A stretch of DNA of 54,886 nt. It comes from Prorocentrum cordatum. Lineage: Eukaryota. Under the pieces are notes generated by a model, which was given only the letters and a program-made list of their open reading frames with translations, had not been told where the DNA came from and did no database searches. Every line of letters starts with the position of its first letter. Position 1 is the first letter of the stretch. Location: positions 62,001-116,886 of the forward strand of contig CAUYUJ010000205.1 in assembly GCA_963575745.1 (NCBI GenBank), given 5' to 3'. Of the stretch, positions 48,720 through 54,886 are shown piece by piece. Both the position numbers and the translations under genes were made by a program.

Positions 48720-49456
48720 ATCGATCGACTCCTAATCGGCCCTTGGTCGCCGATGGGTCTGCCAGCTCCACCCCGCCCAGAAACATGCGGATTCGCCATC
48801 GGGGGCCCATTGCCGATCTATCGGCGATGCATCGTCAATTCCAGGCCGACGCTCCCTCCCCTGAGCTGATCCCCCCCATATCCTTGCCCCTCTTCATCGT
48901 AAATGAGAAAGAAGAAGGGACATAATACAACAATTCGTAATCATATGAATACCACTAGTAATGATAATAACCCTGGTGATGAGATGATTCGTCGTATCAT
49001 TTTAACCTCAGAATCTGAATTCTATTATTTCCAACCACGGTATTTCTAACATGATTAACATTAAGATTTATAGTCGTATGAAGCATTTCTTTGAGAGTAG
49101 TGTCAGTAATAATACCGGCGGTACTAGTCACACTATCAGTAACAATATTAATGGTAATGCTATTATTATTATCATTGTTATTACTACTCCTACTACTACC
49201 TATAATGCTACCTTTACCACAACTACTACGACGACGACTACTACTGCCATTACTATTATTACTACTACTACTAGTACTACTCCTACTCCTATCCTTATTC
49301 CTTATTAGAATATACTCCTACTCCCCCCTCAGGCCGGCAGATAGCGGGCGCATCCGGGTGGTCCCATCCTAACCTGTAAAAAACAATACAAAATCAACAT
49401 TTTTCTTATTTTTTCCTCTCGACATGGACGTCCTGTCGTCCACGGCGATAATCCAT

Positions 49457-49836
49457 TGCAAAAAATACCACAAAGAGCACACGCGCGCGTTCATGTCAGA
49501 ATCCTACCGAACACCGTGTGTTTGCAAGCATTTCAACATAAAAACATCAAAAACCCAATGCTTTTTCACAAAAATTGTACAAATTTCCCGCCCGGGCTCT
49601 CTTGCTGAAATCATAGGAAAACCATAGGAATCTTAAGAATTCGGTCAAATCCAGCGATTTCACGTCATCGCGCGGTGCACTCGCGATGCTCTGTCATGCA
49701 CCCAGGCCGCGAATCCTGTGCAAAAAATACCACAAAGAGCACACTCGCGCGTTCATGTCAGAATCCTACCGAACACCGTGTGTTTGCAAGCATTTCAACA
49801 TAAAAACATCAAAAACCCAATGCTTTTTCACAAAAA
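49457..49836 (+). repeat. Near-identical ~118-bp direct repeat (49457-49575, 49719-49836), inverted homolog of 6915-7085
   Basis: TGCAAAAAATACCACAAAGAGCACAC...AACATAAAAACATCAAAAACCCAATGCTTTTTCACAAAAAT occurs twice. The reverse complement of 6960-7010 reads AACATAAAAACATCAAAAAACCAATGGTTTTTCAACAAAAAAT. Confidence 0.88.
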
Positions 49837-50117
49837 TGCTTTGGGGTGTCCTGTCAGACCGTCGGGCTTCCTCCGGCCACCTCTGGCTTCCTGCGGTGTA
49901 CCGGGCCATTCTCGACTCGTCTGGCAATGCGTGCGCGGCATTCAACACGCGCTCGCCAGTTCCCGTCGGCAACCGCCATCGCGGCCGCATCAGCTGTACC
50001 AAACCGGCTGGCCGGTGTGACTTCGGCCCCCAGTTGTGCCAGCTTTGCTTCTTATGTTGTGGGAGGGCGGGTGGGACTGGGCATGCCATGCTTGACTCGC
50101 TCGAGCTGGCTAGCTTG

Positions 50118-50442
<325 letters not shown>

Positions 50443-50889
50443 ACATATAAGTAGTCATAGCCAGCGTACGACACAGACTAGTCATACATCCAAGCGCTAT
50501 CGTTAGCCCGCGGTCGCACTTAGCCGCGTGCGACTTGATGCGGCGACCAGACATTTGAATGATGAGTGGTTATGTGCGACGCGACGTGGTTGGCGCATTT
50601 TCGGGCCTCGGATGTGGCTGTTCCTCGCGTTGGTTTCGGCCCTCATCCACGCGTTCTCTGGGCTAGAACTGACCGTGCAGCCACGAGCTGCCTTTCGACG
50701 GGTCGAACGCAGCCTGAGGCGACAGGTTGGTGTCGCCGCGGGGCAAGACATTCCTGTACACTTTCAGCGCGCCTAGTACAGTGTCCAAGCCAGCCTGGCG
50801 ACGCAGAGCCGCCGACGCCAAGGCTTGAATGTTTTCTTGCAGGTCGTTGGCGATATGTTGCGTCCGACTTTCGCCAGCCTGCGCATTTT

Positions 50890-50972
50890 TGTTGTTGCTG
50901 TTGTTGTTGTTGTCGTTGTTGTCGTTGTCATTGTCGTTGTCATTGTCGTTGTCGTTGTCGTTGTCCTTGTCG

Positions 50973-51027
<55 letters not shown>

Positions 51028-51047
51028 GGTTGTGGTTGTGGTTGTGG

Positions 51048-51097
<50 letters not shown>

Positions 51098-52713
51098 GAA
51101 CTCTCATTTCTGAAGAATGATTATTGTTGATCCCCCCCCTCCGGTGCACACTGTTTTTTTTCAGTCAAAGTGCGCCCCTCGACGCTCGCACCTTGTTTTT
51201 TGAGGGGGAAAGTCTTGATCCTCAAACTGCGTTGTTGCCCCCCGGATTACAACAACAACGGCTCCCGCCTGAGACTTCCTCACAATTTAGCCAAGACCCC
51301 CGCTCCCGCCCGAGATTTCTTCGCATTTTATTCAAGAATCGCGCTCTCGCTTGGGACTTCCTCACGATTTATTCAGGAATCGCTCCTCCTGCGCTTTGGA
51401 GTTGCGCTCTCGCTGGAGACTTGCTTCGTATTTACTGAAGAATAGCGCCCTTGCGTTGGAATTTCATGCAATTTACTCCAGCGCCGCGCTCCCGACACCC
51501 AGGCACCCAGGAGTCGCGCTCACGCTCAGGACTCCTTATCAGATTACCTAGGAATCGGGATCTCGCTGCCCTTCGTGGCCCCGTTGCAGCCCTTCTTGGC
51601 CCCCTCGCTTTGTTTCGTGGCCCCGTTGCAGCCCTTCGTGGCCCCCTCGCTTTGTTTCGTGGCCCCGTCGCAGCCCCTCGTGGCCTCCTCGTTGCCCTTC
51701 GTGGCCCCGTTGCAGCCCTTCGTGGCCCCCTCGCTTTGTTTCGCGGCCCCGTTGCAGCCCTTCGTGGCCCCCTCGCTGCCCTTCGTGGCCCTGTTGCAGC
51801 CCCTCGTGGCCCCGTTGCAGCCCTTCGTGGCCCCCTCGCTGCCCTTCGTGGCCCCGTTGCAGCCCTTCGTGGCCTCCTCGCTTTGTTTCGTGGCCCCACA
51901 TATGTATGCCCTTCGTGGCCCCCGCTCGTTCGCGCCCGTTGTGGCCCCATAAGCATGCCCTTCGTGGCCCCGCTGTCGCCCTTCGTGGCCCCCTCGCTGC
52001 CCTTCGTGTCCCCGTTGCTGCCCTCAGTGGCCCCGTCCGTACCCTCCGCGGCCCAACATACGTATGCCTTCGTGGCCCCCGCTCGTTCGCGCCCGTTGTG
52101 GCCCCATGTGCATGCCCTTCGTGGCCCCGCTGTCGCCGTTTGTGGCCCCCTCATTGTCCCACGTGGCCCAGGTGCTACCCTCAGTGGCCCCATCGTTGCC
52201 TTCTGTGGCCCCGCATTATTTGCCCTTCGTGGCCCACGCTCGTTCGCGCTATTCGTGGCCCCATACGCATTCCCTTCGTGTCCCCGCTGTCGCCCTTCGT
52301 GGCCTACTTCGTGTCCTTCGTGCCTCTGCTGTCGTTCTCTCTCGCTCTCGCTTTCGCTCGTCGTCGTCGTCGCCGTCGCCGTCGTTGCCGTCGTCGTCGA
52401 CGTCGTCGTCGTCGTTGTCGTCGTCGTCGTGGTCGGTCCCCTGTCCGTCCCTCTTGAGGTCGGGTCGACGGTCCGCGGGCTCCGCCGATCAGCGCTGCCG
52501 CTGGCCAGGCCGACGGTCCGCGGCTGCCCCGCCGCTTGCCGGGGCCCGGCCTGCAGGTAAGAAAGGTATACCCCCCAAAAGGGGTTCGATCGAAAACGAA
52601 AAGGGCAGGTATCGAGGGTTTGGGAAATTCGCGTTATTCGACACTCGAGCAGATAAGGGCGAACAGTCTTAAAATGATTGTTGTTGTTGTTGTTGTTGCT
52701 GTTGTTTTTTGTT
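50890..52713 (+). repeat. Compact copy of the composite repeat family: (GTT)n - GAACTCTCATT..GAAGAAT.ATTATTGTTGATCCCCCC - 41-bp units - 21-bp GCCCTTCGTGGCCCCGTTGCA units - (GTC)n - terminal module - (GTT)n
   Basis: 51096-51300 is collinear with 1106-1320, and 52220-52680 is collinear with 5280-5745. Confidence 0.88.
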
Positions 52714-52714
52714 G

Positions 52715-54600
52715 TGCGTGTTTTTTTCCGGTGACCCGTGAGGTTCTCTGCGCTGTTGTCGCCTGCTGACAGATAAAATAGAACGCGATCTCCGTGGCGG
52801 ATGGTGTCTTGCCCTCGTACGCGCTCGCAGCATGCGGATTGTCTTGGCATCCAGCTTGGATTTGAGCAACCTGCAGGCGGGCGTGAGGATCTTCCTCGTG
52901 TGGCTCACGCTTTCCAAAGACGCGCGCCCAGCGGCTTTGGCCGCGCTGTGAAACGCCTGGCTGTCGTCTGGCGCAACCGCGGTTCCTCCTCCCAGCGCCT
53001 TGATCAACGGGCCCTCTACTTCGGCTTCTGTCTCTGGGCCGCCACTGCCTCTGCCTTTCTTGGTCTCCCTGTCCTGGATCGCATGCACGGCCCAGTTCTT
53101 CTTGTGCCGTCCCTTGATGGCGAGCGTACGCCCCTGGTGCACCCTCGTGGCCGCCGACGACCCCCCCTTCTGCGAACCCGTGCGACGCGTGTCCGGCTCG
53201 ACAACGTCCCCCTCGAAGGTCGTGGACTGGGCCCGACGGACTCCCGATCAGGCCATCGCAATCTTGTGCTTGTTGAAGCAGGCGGCCGCCTGGTGTTCCA
53301 CAGCCATGACGCTCTCGTCCTCGCGCCGGACGTAGTGGGTACAGGCGTCGTTCGGAGTCTTGCACCCGAGCGCGTAGGCGGTGCGCAAGTACGTCGCGTA
53401 GTCCGCGTCCCAGGCTGCATTCACGCGGCCAGCAAATGGCGTGAATTCCGCGCGCGCAGCTGGCGCGCGCGAGGCCGAGGGCGCGCGTTGCGCGTGTAGC
53501 GAAACCCGTCGCCAGAAGCCGCCATCTGGCTTTTGCAGGACCGACGCGCAAATTCAAGTTCCGCTCCAGGTGCTGGATGCACGCGAGCGTCCTCGAGACA
53601 CTTCTTGGCCGGCTCCGGGTACAGTGAGACGATGGGCTCGTAGGTGGGCTGCGTCAACCTGGTGATGCCCACGTTGGAATGGGCGTCGGGTGGCGCCTTC
53701 CCGCTGCAGGACAACCCGTACTTTGTCCTTGCGCGCCCTGTTTTCCCGCGCCTTGATACCGCACGGGGCGGCCGGCTTCCTCGTCGCCGCAGCTGGCCGC
53801 TTGAGCAACTCGGCTTTTGCCGCGAGCCCGGGCTTTCGCGCCGAGCGAAAGCGGCGCGGGAGCCAGCGCAGGCAGTGACAGGCTTGAGGCTTAAATGGCA
53901 GCAGCCGCGAAATATGTGCGAACTTCCGAGACAACCAAGACGTGCAGAGAGGATGATGAAGAAACTTAGCGACGACTGGCTCGGGTCCGAACGCAAAGGC
54001 CTTCTGATTCGCCCCTCGTGCAATCAAGGAGGCGCGTTTCGCCGCCGAACAGCCGAGCTCTCAGACGTCGTCTAACTCGGTCTTGTCGTCGTCACCTTGG
54101 TCGCCCAGGTTGCCGTCGTCGTCGCGCGCCTTCTCGTTGTCTTCGGGCTCTGAAAGCGCGTCGTCGTCTTCTGTGGCGACGGTGGGCCCGTTGTCCGTCG
54201 AAGTCGTTGAAGTCCGTCCCGTCGCTGTCGTCCATGTCATCGCCCTCCCAGTCGCTCTCGTCCGATTCGCCGCCTTCCTCAACCAGGGCGGGCATGGTTC
54301 CGTCGGGGCAGTCCCGCTGCGCGGACTCCTTGGTGAAATCGTCCTCGGTTGGCATTTGGTGGCTTGTGGTGTATTCAACGTCCAGTTCAGCGCCCCCCGC
54401 GCTGGGTTCGCCTTGAGCATCGGCCACTGGCGGCGTCCATGGACCAGGCACTTCCGCCGGCGCAGGCGGCCAAAAGTCGCCCGTCTCCCAGATGTTCTGC
54501 GAGCGCCCGAAGCACGCGCGGCAATCTGGCAACGGCCAACCTGTTGGAGTCGGGAAACATCGCAATATCGAGCTGGTTCTGTTGTCTTCGTTCACGACGA
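52715..54600 (-). mobile_element. Decayed Merlin / IS1595 (ISXO2-like) DDE transposase
   Basis: Manual minus-strand translation gives FEGDVVEPDT (VEvDE motif, ~53190-53217), GTAVAPDDSQAF (second D), VSH, and after a frameshift AGDNSAENLTGH (N..E motif, ~52730-52765). There is an internal TGA at ~53249 and an acidic region upstream; the 5' limit is approximate. Confidence 0.65.
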
Positions 54601-54886
54601 AGACGACCGAGTCACCCGCTGCATCGTTGTTGCGCCAATCAACAAGAGCGGCTTATGCAGACACAGGTTATTGCAAACACATTACCACGCATTCGGTCGC
54701 GCGGCGGGGACGGGAGAGGGATGACTTGCCCGGGGGGGCGCCGGGGCCAGGCCGCCGATCGCGGGTGTCGCAGCGCGCCATGTTCTGCATTCGCCGTGGT
54801 CGCGGAGCGGAGCGAGGGGGCGCGGTCGGTCGGTCGGTCGGTCGGGATGAGCAGACGGGGGCCGCGGGGCGGAGGGCTTCGGGGGG

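Overview
GC-rich, microsatellite-laden eukaryotic genomic DNA. It is most likely from a peridinin dinoflagellate (Prorocentrum-like); this is inferred from a signal + FVxP + transmembrane plastid-targeting presequence, a GC splice donor and spliced-leader-like relics. Two intact host genes are supported. (1) A plastid-targeted SecA (23235-28259, 5 exons) whose introns carry terminal inverted repeats and junction direct repeats (Introner-like; clear for introns 1, 3 and 4, weak for intron 2), and which has an unusual ~250-aa C-terminal extension. (2) An intronless calpain-family protease (43277-47839) with an SH3-like domain, a coiled coil, two near-identical 1575-bp catalytic units and an IQ motif. 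Mobile DNA includes a full-length decayed 8.0-kb LINE (12307-20305) bounded by a perfect 20-bp target-site duplication, a 5'-truncated RNase H-bearing LINE on the minus strand, a decayed Merlin/IS1595-like DDE transposase and a foldback-like element built of GTACCAGACT repeats. A modular composite repeat family occupies ~0.5-8.7 kb and 50.9-52.7 kb. Most ORFs in the supplied track are microsatellite or high-GC artefacts.
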